Shown here one piece after another: positions 1-10,892 of a stretch of 36,756 bases of DNA. This DNA is from Octopus bimaculoides (lineage: Eukaryota), in contig NC_068991.1 in assembly GCF_001194135.2 (NCBI RefSeq), positions 38,873,276 through 38,910,031 on the forward strand, written 5' to 3'. Both the position numbers and the translations under genes were made by a program. Below the pieces are notes generated by a model, which worked only from the letters and a program-made list of their open reading frames with translations, was not told the origin of the DNA and searched no databases. The stretch's first letter is position 1. Each line of letters starts with the position of its first letter.

Positions 1-547
1 ATATATAGTTTTAGGGAAAAGAACCAAGTTTCATGAACTCATCGATGAAAATCCACTATCACATATAGAAAAATTAATAATTAAAAGCACAATAAATGAG
101 TATAATATAATACAAAGTAAATATCATATCTTTATCTTATGATATTTACTTTGTATTATATTATACTCATTTATTGTGCTTATAATTATTAATTTTTCTA
201 TGTGTGATAGTGGATTTTCATCGATGAGTTCATGAAACTTGGTTTTTTTCCCTAAAACTATATATTTATATATATATATATATATGAATGTATTTTTATG
301 TGTATGTATACACACACAGTACAGTTTGAAATTTATTTTATATACTGCATATATATGCTTGCCTAGTTAACTGTTAGTCTTCCTCAAATAATGTTGTCCA
401 ATTCTGTGTGAACATATTCAAATGCATGGTCAACTTTCACTGAAGGAGTATGTGTGTGTGTTGATATGGTGGCTAAACTTGTTCTGTAAATTGCCAATTT
501 GGTTGCAAATTAATTTTCGAAATATTCTTGTATAATTCTACTTTTAG

Positions 548-761
548 CATGAAATTAATTAAAAGCTTGTATGTAGACACAACCTTCTGCATTCCTGAGG
601 CCTTTCATGTTCCAACTCGAACACAATCATATGAAGCTATCCTTTCCGAAGTCACAAAGCATTTTAAGAAAGATGACAATAATTACGTATGCATCTTTTC
701 TAAAACCGGATTTGGTTATGAACACCTGCTAGAGAAACTGGCTAAAGCTTTCAGAATGAAA
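548..761 (+). CDS. DCLRE1C: Artemis (DNA cross-link repair 1C, MBL/beta-CASP nuclease), internal coding exon
   Basis: Acceptor tttag at 543-547, donor gtaagc at 762. Translation MKLIKSLYVDTTFCIPEAFHVPTR...KTGFGYEHLLEKLAKAFRMK matches the Artemis motifs (V/Y)xDTTFC and (A/G)xGYE. Earlier exons lie upstream of the window. Confidence 0.93.
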
Positions 762-1162
762 GTAAGCTTTATTTGGCATTATTATGTTCACCTTTGTTGT
801 TTGCATTGTTTTTCTGTTTCTTTACTTGTTTTTGCTTGTGAAGGAGAATATTAGAACTATTGATCTCATTTCTTCCATCTGTAGTATGTTTGATCAGTCT
901 GATCTTTGTCATCGGGTGATTTATATAGGTTAGAGTGAAAAGAAGCTTTTAATTCAATGTTTCTAAACCATCTTTTTTATTATTATTCTAGACCCCTTTT
1001 TCATTTAATTTAAAAAAAAAAAAAACTTGGAAAGCATGCAGTCCACCATGGAGTAATGATAGGTTGGGTATCAAGTTATAGAAAATCTGCTTCGATGAAT
1101 TCCGTCTGACTCATGCATGCATGAAAATGTAGACATCCATATGATTTTGTGTGTGTGTGTGT

Positions 1163-1490
1163 GATCATCATTTAACATCCGTTGTCAATGGTGGTACAGC
1201 ATAGGTTGGACAGTTTGACCAGGGCTGGTAAGCTGGAAGGCTGCACCAGACTCCAGTCTGATTTGACATGGTTTTCTATGGCTGGGTGCCCTTCCTAATG
1301 CCAACCACTCCAAGAGTATAATAAGTACTTTTACGTGCTTCTGGCACAGGTGCCATTTGCATGACACCAGCATCTGCCACGACTGCAATTTCTCAAGCAC
1401 AACATAATGCCAAAGGTCTTGATCATTGCCTCCATGAGGTTCAACACTCAAAAGGAACTCGGCCACTTTGCCTCCATGAGGCTGTTATGA
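1163..1490 (-). mobile_element. RTE-type LINE 3' end / LINE-tail repeat, degenerate
   Basis: Reverse complement of the ggaagggcatccagc...gttaaa(c/t)gatgatg tail seen at 2737, 31700, 32900 and 35590. Confidence 0.7.
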
Positions 1491-2736
1491 TGATAATGAA
1501 ATGTCAGTGTGTGTGTATGTTTCTAGCCATGTATCTCCCATATAGCCAGACACTTGTGTTTGTCTCTTACTTGAGCTTTCCAACAGCTGTCATAGAGCCA
1601 CCTTCCCCTCTCAAATACTCTCTATTTAGTAGTAGGAGCTTGTTTCCTTTTCCTCTCCTCCTTTTCACGTATGTGTGTGTGTGTATGTATATATGTATGT
1701 TTATGTGTATATGTACGGTTGTATATATGTATATATATATATATATATATGTAGAATACGAGAATTTTAATGGAGATAAGGCTCCAGTATATAATACAAC
1801 TGTTTTTTTTTGCTTGTATATGAGCTAAAGATTAATAAAATTTGGTATAAGATAAAAATTTCAGATATTAGTCTTAAACATTCAGACAAGCAAATTCATA
1901 AATCAGATGTGTGACATGAGATATTATTCCATTCAAATAACCACATATTTATATTAAGACATAAATGATAAAGATGTAGAAATATAAGAATATAAACATA
2001 GAAAATATAACGAGTCCCATGAAAGTAGAAAATATAGTTAGAATGTGTGTGTGTGTGTAATATGTAAAGGTAAGATCAAGGTGTAGGAAGTTAGTAAGCT
2101 TTGAGCAGTCCATAGAAGATATAAAAACAATTTTCAGGAACAAGAGTGGTTTATTGACATAGAAGGTTGTAAATTATTCCCATATCGAAGTTCAATAAGC
2201 CTAGAAAAGTTATTTTATAATTTATGATTAGCAGCTGGGGTTCCTGTGTATGCAAATAGAAATCAAAAATTAGGTAATGGAGTAGATACAATCCAGGCTA
2301 CATGTTTCATTGCTAGCAGAACCTCAGAAGTAATAATTACCCAAATGAGGGGTAATCTCCTAGCTACCCATCAGGCCAAAGATACCTTAGTCAAATGAAG
2401 GTTACATTGTTGTCAACTCCATGTTAACTCACAGGAGGTGTGATTGAAAATGTGTGGAAAGCACAGTTACAGAACCAAAGGGAAAACATATTTGTTAAGA
2501 AATAATATATGGGAGTGGGTAAATGTCTAAATTTGTTAAGGAAAAGAATAAGAATACAAAAAAAGATAGGAGAAGGGTAAGGGGAACAGATTTGATATTG
2601 TTGAAGTTGGCTAAGGGACTGTCTTTGTGAATTTGAGCTGGTGTCATTTACTGGGTCTACTGTAGAATAAATGCACACATATATGCACGTACATACACGC
2701 ACACTTTTGCCTGCTCCAGTATATATATATATATAT

Positions 2737-2879
2737 AGGAAGGGCATCCAGCTGTAGAAACTCTGCCAAATCAGACTGGAGCCTGGTGTTGCCATCCGGT
2801 TTCACCAGTCCTCAGTCAAATCGTCCAACCCATGCTAGCATGGAAAGCGGACGTTAAACGATGATGATGATGATGATGA
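2737..2879 (+). mobile_element. 5'-truncated LINE/SINE tail ending in (GAT)n
   Basis: aggaagggcatccagctgtagaaactctgcc...gcggacgttaaacgatgatgat, nearly identical to the copy at 31710-31851. Confidence 0.8.
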
Positions 2880-3064
2880 CAACATACGTCTATATACACA
2901 TATATCGATACATGTATATACACATACTTACCTGCTCCCACTATAAACCTACATGTATACTTTCGCCTTTGCGCTTATGCCAGTAAGTACATTTGTGTAT
3001 GTAAATAGTCTCACACACATACATTCATAAAATCACCTAAATACTTATATTCACAGATGTGTGA

Positions 3065-3115
<51 letters not shown>

Positions 3116-3612
3116 NNNNNNNNNNNNNNNNNNNNNNNNNNNNNNNNNNNNNNNNNNNNNNNNNNNNNNNNNNNNNNNNNNNNNNNNNNNNNNNNNNNNN
3201 NNNNNNNNNNNNNNNNNNNNNNNNNNNNNNNNNNNNNNNNNNNNNNNNNNNNNNNNNNNNNNNNNNNNNNNNNNNNNNNNNNNNNNNNNNNNNNNNNNNN
3301 NNNNNNNNNNNNNNNNNNNNNNNNNNNNNNNNNNNNNNNNNNNNNNNNNNNNNNNNNNNNNNNNNNNNNNNNNNNNNNNNNNNNNNNNNNNNNNNNNNNN
3401 NNNNNNNNNNNNNNNNNNNNNNNNNNNNNNNNNNNNNNNNNNNNNNNNNNNNNNNNNNNNNNNNNNNNNNNNNNNNNNNNNNNNNNNNNNNNNNNNNNNN
3501 NNNNNNNNNNNNNNNNNNNNNNNNNNGAATGGATATTTAATATTTCATTTGTTCTATAAGAATAGACAATTAATATTTCATTTCATTTCTTTTTACTATA
3601 TTATTTTATATC

Positions 3613-3845
3613 TTGCAGTGTGGAAGGTGTTTATAAGCCATTTAAAATAACACACAAAATCCGTTAGATTCACTTCAACATTTAAATTTAATTTGTCAAA
3701 ATATTTTCGTCGCTTTGAGACCGCGACCTGTTCACTGACAAAATTCTGTGCTGCATCTGAGACAAATTAAATTTAAATGTTGAAGTGAATCTAACGGTTT
3801 TTGTGTGTTATTTTAAATGGCTTATAAACACCTTCCACGCTGCAA
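3613..3845. repeat. Fold-back (MITE-like) element with 85-bp inverted arms
   Basis: 3613-3697 is the reverse complement of 3761-3845 with two mismatches by eye. The spacer is 63 bp. Confidence 0.85.
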
Positions 3846-4379
3846 TTGTTTTCGTTCCAGCACACGATCTCAGATCAGGTCACTTGCTGTGCAAGTACAT
3901 CTCCGTAATTTTATATCTTATATTAATATTAGATTATAAATAAAATGTGAAAAACAGACAGGGTTGGAATTCCTTTGAGTAATATATGCATGTAACATTA
4001 CACATACATGTATGCATTTATGTGTATGTACTCATCCATGTCTATATCTGAGTTTAGTTGAAATATAGACACATTCCAATAGTGTATTCCATTGGACATG
4101 TTTAGTCTAACTAGGCAATTTAATGAAACAATGAAACAACATGCCATAAAGCAATGTTAGTGCAACAATAATTTCATGCATGTATTGTATGTCCTAATCA
4201 ACTGATCAGTTCATACAAATTGGTTCTATTGGTTCATAATTATATGTTCCTGGGTTGTCTGTTTTTAATTGAATTAATGGTATTATGAGTCTACAGGTGT
4301 TGGTTGAATAAGCAATTTATCATGCAACATATAGTCGATGGAAAGCCTCTTGGCAATATAGTGATATCCTGTGTTGTTG

Positions 4380-5060
4380 AGTGTAGGTGATGATGTGTTC
4401 ATCACTTAGAAGGCAATATGTAAGGATAGACACAAGTGTATGCAAGACAGTGAACAAATAGTTACCATACAGTGTAGTACGAAGTATCTCAGTGATGTTA
4501 TATCGCAAACATGTGTCCCAGGGGGAAGTTTAAGTTCACTACCTGAAAATCCTGGTAATCCATAGATGCTAATCAAGTCAGTGATTATCCTAAATTGGGC
4601 AAATGTGTATTTCTTAGTATGCAAGCATCTTACTATTCTTTCTGAGAATTTATTAATGATCAATTCGCTTCTCAACAAAATGCACAGTGATTCCTCTGAG
4701 CATAATCTACACTTACTGGAAAGAGCATTGTATGGTTGTGCATGACTCCTTATGGACTAAGTCAGATCATATTTAAGCTTATTAGATTTGAGTTGCTACA
4801 GAAAATTTGCCAATGATGTTGAGTGCCTCTTGTCAACTTTGTTGAAGCTGAAGTTTCAAGATGTATATATGGAGAGGGTAGTGACAGCAATCCTGGTGGT
4901 GATTGAGATATGTAAAATGAGGAGTATGGCAATGACAAAGCGAATCTGATGGAGATTATTGTTGAGTAGCTCCAGGAGCTAGGATATGGTACAGTGGTTG
5001 TTTATGAGTAACCTCCAGGTCCCCCAATCATGCTAGATAAACAATGCTCCAGTCTGGTCT
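4380..5060 (-). pseudogene. Possible decayed L1/Tx1-like endonuclease remnant
   Basis: Broken minus-strand frames give LGDL... and PHFTYLNHHQD...IYI, reminiscent of AP-endonuclease GDFN and FTY...DYIF motifs. Many stops; weak evidence. Confidence 0.3.
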
Positions 5061-5300
5061 GGAAGCAGTGTTATACATACTATCATGTTTTTTTTTTGTT
5101 TTTTTTTTTACTTATGAGTAGTGTAGTGTTACAATCTGACCATTTTGGAATCAGTCATGTTTTCTGGCCTGATTGGTGTGAATACAATGAGGATAGACCA
5201 TAACTATTCCAGTGAAGGTTATAATGGTGATAACAGTTAAAGAGAAGAGAATGATGATGATCACATTTGGTTTGATATGACAATTTTATTTTCTCACTAG

Positions 5301-5420
5301 GTTCATGTTGATGATTTTAAGAAATCTGTTTATGACACAATTCCTAAACTTAAGGATTCATTCACTACATCTGCACGAAGTACTAGAATCCACTTTCACA
5401 ACACTCAGTATTGCCCACAG
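5301..5420 (+). CDS. DCLRE1C: Artemis coding exon (beta-CASP)
   Basis: Acceptor ttctcactag, donor gtaatg, 120 nt, phase 0/0. VHVDDFKKSVYDTIPKLKDSFTTSARSTRIHFHNTQYCPQ aligns with Artemis VHV...IHAC. Not in the ORF track because it is short. Confidence 0.9.
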
Positions 5421-6608
5421 GTAATGAACTTATCATTATTTTCTTTTTTCTCCTATAGTTTCTTGCAAGTTTCTACTGTGCCTCCATGCTCCTGAGGTGT
5501 GTGTAGCATTTGGTTCTTATTTTTGTGGGGATTTGGGGAGTATACACTCCTCCTGTTGGTGTACTGCATCAGTTTGTTTTGTTATGGAGTTTAGTTTCTT
5601 GTAATATTAGTATATATTTTGTTGTGCATGGTATATGTAATGTAAGAGAAAGATGTCTTCTTGAAGCTTGAAAGTTGTTATTGAATTTTATTTTGTTGTA
5701 CCATTTTATTATTAAGCCAGCCAGTATCCTCTAAGGCTAGTTGATTGTTTTTGAAAGTTTTGTCCTTCAGGGTAAATTTTTTTGTTTTTTAATAGTAAAG
5801 TTAAATTATCTAGAAATAAAAATATGGCTTTGCAAATCCAGGCAGGAATTATCTGTTCCAACAACTAACACATTACAAATTTCTCACTACTACCTGTTAA
5901 AAAAGAATCTATGAACTACAAGAGCAATGTTAACAGCACCAATGAAAAGAGATGTGAAAGCAACATTACTACTGCCACCACTAGTGCTGACCAAAACAAC
6001 AACAACAACAGTGAGTATGGAAACAAAGAAGAATCAAATTGTCAATACAACATGGCTGAAAATATCATCCCCTGCTACTATCACACTATCAGCAGCAATG
6101 CAAATCCAAAGTTACTGTGTTCACAAACACCATGCAAAAAGAGGATGTAGTTGAATTAACATCTGAAAAATCAAAAGATGCTAAAAACCTCCTGAATAAA
6201 GAATTAAATGTTGCACAAATAATTCAAAGTTTTCAATGATGCAAAGGTGTAAGAAGAGATAATTTGAAAAATTTATAAGGAGAGAACAGCTGGCCAAAAG
6301 AGTAGCGAGCGGACAAACGCTCATGTGGTCCTTTGTTTATATCTTGTCACTGGCACTAAATTGTCATCTGTATCCAAAACACTTTATGAATAAATGTCCA
6401 AGCAATTCTGCCTGGAAATAAATTGAACAATTTATTGTTCCAAGAAATGGTAGCATAAGAAATTCGACAAGTGTTTTGTTAGTTTGTAGTATCGAAATAA
6501 TTTCTCTTTGACAGAAAGATTAAATCTGCAATGGTGTTCTTAGTGGGTTAAAAAACGAAAGATGAAATTTGCATTGTGTCATAATTTATTTATTTGTTTT
6601 CTTTTCAG

Positions 6609-6839
6609 CTAAGAACCAAAATATCAGAATTACTTGTTATTAAAGTATCTGTTATGTGGTTTGTGGAAGGATCCAGAAGAAAGGGCTGTGTGGATGCACT
6701 TCAGTGGGTTGGCCAAAATACATGCCGTGTATGTTATTCCTTTCATCCATCATTTGAAGAAGTTCAAGCTCTTGTTAGATATTTGAAACCTGAAAATGTC
6801 CTTCCAAATGTCTGTCCTCAATGTTATACTTTAGAGCAG
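6609..6839 (+). CDS. DCLRE1C: Artemis coding exon (beta-CASP end, catalytic His motif)
   Basis: Acceptor cttttcag, donor gtatgt, 231 nt, phase 0/0. ...IKVSVMWF...CRVCYSFHPSFEEVQALVRYLKPENVLPNV matches Artemis IKPSTMWF and FSFHSSYSE...PxNxxPNV. Confidence 0.93.
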
Positions 6840-6858
6840 GTATGTATAACTACTTTAA

Positions 6859-7078
6859 CCCTTTCACATTCAAACCAGTCATATCCAGCCCAAATATTCT
6901 ATTTGTTTTATGTTCAAACCAGCCAGATCTTTCTTCTCAAACCGACCCTACAGTGCCACTTTAAAAATAAAACAATCACACCATCGAAATCTCGAAGCTA
7001 TGAAATAATGCATGATTAATTGAAACAATGTGAATCAATAAACATTACATTTGACAGTGTAATCTGTATGCTAAAGAA
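6859..7078 (-). mobile_element. piggyBac-type (TTAA) MITE
   Basis: TTAA|CCCTTT start, degenerate ...ATGCTAAAGAA|TTAA end. The interior is the reverse complement of the MITE at 26082-26284 (aacattacatttgacag.gtaatctg). Confidence 0.7.
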
Positions 7079-8905
7079 TTAATGTTAATATATATTCTAT
7101 TAATATCAGTGAAGATTACAATGTTGTTGTTGTTAACCTCAATCAGCTATAATCTAACAAATCTGATACAAAACATCCAAAATATAATTCCATTTTTTTT
7201 TCTTTTTAGTCATAGTATATTTAGGACTACATTATCCACTGTGACCTGTTTTTTTTTAAAGATAACTGTGTGATTTGAGGGGGAATTGGCTGCTGTTTCT
7301 ACCAAATAGAATGACTTTATAGAGTCCCTTGACTTGAGAGTATAATGGTTAAGAATAGATGTAGCAGCTGTTTTCATATATTGTATGAATAAAATAAAAT
7401 ACAATTTCATTATTGCTATAAATTGTAGCATAGTGCATGTATTGAAATATGATGGAGCTGAAATATTAATTGTGGAAGACAAAATAGATAATGCAGACAA
7501 CAAGGATGACCAGTAAAGCAGCTTTCAAGTTGATAGTTCATAAAACATTAGGATAAAAGCAGTTCCAAAATCAGCTAGTTTTTGTCTTTAAACATTTTGA
7601 TGCCAGCCCACCCGAGGCTGCCCTTGGTTCTCTGATACAAACTTCATGTTTAAAATGATCTAAATTAAAACCTGCTTTCAAAATTTCATGTTTATGTTTC
7701 AAACACCAGTTCAGTTATGACAGTTATTTTACTACCTTCGTCATTATTTTCAAAATTAGTTGAAACGGAGACAGTAAAATATGGTAAAAGAGTTGAGGGC
7801 CAGTACTTTGTCAGTTAAATTTCTGCTAAGTGTTGCTTAACCTTTAACATACTGCATTTTCTCTAGAATTGTTTCCCCTGCGATTGTCTTGTTAGTACAG
7901 GGGAGAAAACTCATCCGTGACATGATGCATCTACATTTACACATGCTTATATCTGTTGAAACTATAACTAGCTGAATTTTTTAAAATCTACTTATTTGTT
8001 TTTTTAATGTATAAATGCTTTAGCTGTTAAAATACTGTCTGTTTCATACATGCTTCAGTTGTTATCAAAGTATGTTAAAGTTGACTTTATCATATTCTAT
8101 CTCTAGTTAGTGCTTTGAATGTACAGTGAGTTTTCAGTGTGTTTGATGTTGTTAGTTTCAAGGATAAGATGAACGTTGTAGAAGACAGACAGAGGTAAAT
8201 AAATAGTTTTCTTGATGAAAGATATTCAGCTTTTAATGGAATGAGCTTAGACTGAACTTGTCTGTGATGTAGAATTGTTGGCATTGCTAAAGTGTAGGTC
8301 TTCCTCTTACCATTCCTGTTAACATCCAACATCATTAGAAAGCAAGGTGAAGTTGTCAGATTCTATAAAAATGTATACTAATTGTTATTTTTTTATCATC
8401 ATACTATCACCAGAAAAGTTCTCTTTCAAAGCTTCACACTTATTCCTTGACATATTGGCCTGAAGATTAACAAGACAAAGTGAAATGAATCAGGCGCTCG
8501 TATTGAGAACATCTAGTGTGCACCTTTTGAGGTACAAATTAAAATTTATAGAATAATATAAAAGACATACCATATAACATAAATACTTCCTTTATACTTC
8601 TGTTGAAATACTTTCATTATTAAATATGTTTGTTCTTTCAACAGAAGTGAATATACTGTCAGTTCATTATAACAAATATAGTATTTTAGGACCAAAAGCA
8701 TTCCATTTTTTTCTCAGTTCATATTTCCATTCAGTAATGACAATATCTATGAATTATCCTCACTGGTTCTTCATATACAATAATTCAAATAGTATTTTTG
8801 ACAACAGAACTATTATATAGTTCTATATTTAAGAGATGAGGAATTCTGTATATTATTTACATAAATTACATTCAACGGATATTTGTCCTCATCTTGTTTG
8901 TTGTT

Positions 8906-8951
8906 AACACAACATTTCGGCTGATATACCCTCCAGCCTTCTTCAGGTGTC
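8906..8951 (-). ncRNA. Minimal type I hammerhead ribozyme-like motif (left copy)
   Basis: GACAC-CUGAAGA-A-GGCUG(10 nt)CAGCC-GAAA-UG-UU|GUGUU: intact core, 5-bp stem II, 5-bp stem I, quasi-palindromic stem III AUGU. Confidence 0.6.
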
Positions 8952-9261
8952 TTGAGGAAATTTTGAACCTGGGTTCTCATTCCTAAGGTATTTTTCGATG
9001 CTGTTGTTATTATTATTACTATTATAATTAATATTCAGGTCACTGCTTGGAATCGAACTCGGAATCTTGGGGCATATGGCGTTGTGGTTAAGAATCTACG
9101 GGCATATGGCGTAGTGGTTAAGAGCGCGGGCTACTAACCCCAAGATTCTGAGTTCGATTCCAAGCAATGACCTGAACACTAATAATAATAGTAATAATAA
9201 TAATAATAACAACATCGAAAAATACCTTAGGAATGAGAACCCAGGTTCAAAATTTCCCCAA

Positions 9262-9307
9262 GACACCTGAAGAAGGCTGGAGGGTATATCAGCCGAAACA
9301 TTATGTT
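9262..9307 (+). ncRNA. Minimal type I hammerhead ribozyme-like motif (right copy, mutated)
   Basis: GACAC-CUGAAGA-A-GGCUG(10 nt)CAGCC-GAAA-CA-UU|AUGUU. The core is intact, but stem III and the first stem I pair are disrupted by G>A changes. Confidence 0.5.
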
Positions 9308-10774
9308 AACAACAAACAAGATGAGGACAAATATCCGTCAAATGTAAAGAACTATTATATTCTGACCTTCTTTATTTAAGTTTGATGTGTAGAACACTAA
9401 AGGACACATGTCTGATGACTGTACTGTGATGTACATTTAATGTATTAGCACCCTCATAGAAAACTGTAACATCATTATAATGATTACAACTCAGATCATA
9501 ACTTAGACATTACACATTGTGGCTTGGACTTAATATAACTTACTTCTGCTTATGCTATCTCAAATATAGCAATGCATTTGACTGGGGTGGGGATATGTAA
9601 CATTGAGTTCTCTGTGTATGGTACACACTCTTAATATATGAATTAAAAATCTATAAATAAGTAAGTATAAAAATCTGAAAGAAAAGTATGTATTATACAC
9701 AAATATTGCCCCACTCACATTCTGGAGTTGATTTAATCAACTCACCTCTCTCCTTCAAATTTATAGCCTTATGCCTATGTTAGAAACACTCATTATTAGA
9801 GCAGTAGATTTTCAGAATCATTGCATATAATGTTGTATGGTATTTGTTCTGGCTCTGTACATTCTGAGTTCAACATAGCCCTTTATCCTTCCAGAATTAA
9901 TAAAATAAAATATCAGTCATATACTGGAGTTATGTTTGACTGTTCCCACACCACAAATTTTGGTCTCCTGCCTACATTAGGCGGGGAGGGGGTTGGTAGA
10001 ATCATTACTGCATTTATTCTGACCCTTTAGATTCTTTGTGAAAATCCAGGCCCAAGTCAATTGTGCATTTTAACTTTCTAGGGTGGATAAAATACCAGTC
10101 AAATATTGGAGTTGATATAATTGACTATTTCCTTCTATAATTTCCTACATAGGCACCAGAAGGTGGTCTATGTAAAAAAGTTATTATAACCATCATCATA
10201 ATGACACCAGTTAATACTAAATTCTACTGCACCACCAGGTTGGTATCCCTCCTTGTTCCTGAGGTGGATTCAACCTTATCATTTGGAAATATGTGATGCT
10301 GTTTGTATAATATATCAGCTGTGCTTTCTTGATTTGCTGTATGAAATTTGTGCTATATCAGTTGTCAATTTATTAGGGTGGTTGGTCATTGCAACTCGCA
10401 TTTGTTGTCTAGTGAGGTCTGTTGTTTAGACTCAGGTCATCATGATCCACTAGATCTATGCTCATAGACATTCCAGCTGTGACCATCCTGCCTTTTATTC
10501 AGACATAAGGGTTACATTTTTAGTGTCCATCACTTTTAATTTGAGCTGGGAGGATATTTGACTCCTTTTTTCAGCTAAATGAGTGACCACTTGAAAGGTT
10601 GTGAATTGTGTTGTAGTTTTGGATGATAATTATGTAGAATATGCATTGTGTCTGTTGTGTAATGAAATATTTGATGAGAGTGCAAGAAGTTCTGCATGAG
10701 TTGATGTGATTGAGTTGAATTGAATTGAATCACCACAAGCAGTATTATTATTATTATTTATTATCATTATTAAG

Positions 10775-10892
10775 ACTCAAATAAAACTCAATAAGATTCT
10801 GGATGAGTCCAAACCAAAGAAACAGCAGCAGCATTGTTCATCTAATGACAGCCAACTTGGAATGATGAAACTTAAGAAAGTTCCAGAAATCT
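10775..10892 (+). CDS. DCLRE1C: Artemis coding exon (linker after nuclease domain)
   Basis: Open phase 0 to phase 1 exon TQIKLNKILDESKPKKQQQHCSSNDSQLGMMKLKKVPEI with a strong donor gtaagt at 10893. LGMMKLKK resembles Artemis LGKLKR. Phases fit both flanking exons. The acceptor is weak (taag), with an in-frame alternative at 10796. Confidence 0.72.

Larger units (their letters stand above)
8819..9347. mobile_element. Head-to-head inverted pair of a tRNA-headed, hammerhead-containing retroelement, flanked by a 13-bp TSD
   Basis: AGAACTATTATAT at 8806-8818 and 9348-9360. 8866-9072 is the reverse complement of 9138-9347. A box TGGCGTAGTGG at 9107-9117 and B box GAGTTCGATTCC at 9150-9161. Confidence 0.85.

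Noticed and set aside
3057-3650. ORFs spanning (TA)n and the N gap; similarly 27125-27813, 31212-31778, 34780-34988 and 35704-36112
   Set aside because: Artefacts of microsatellites and Ns (YIYI/XXXX translations).
5911-6154. ORFs inside an Artemis intron, as an extra exon
   Set aside because: No convincing splice sites and no Artemis similarity. The flanking exons join in phase and align without it.
9100-9172. Possible tRNA gene (ACT anticodon-like loop)
   Set aside because: A and B boxes are present, but the 5' GGGCATA has no complementary 3' acceptor strand and the sequence runs into a repeat body. It is a SINE head, not a tRNA.
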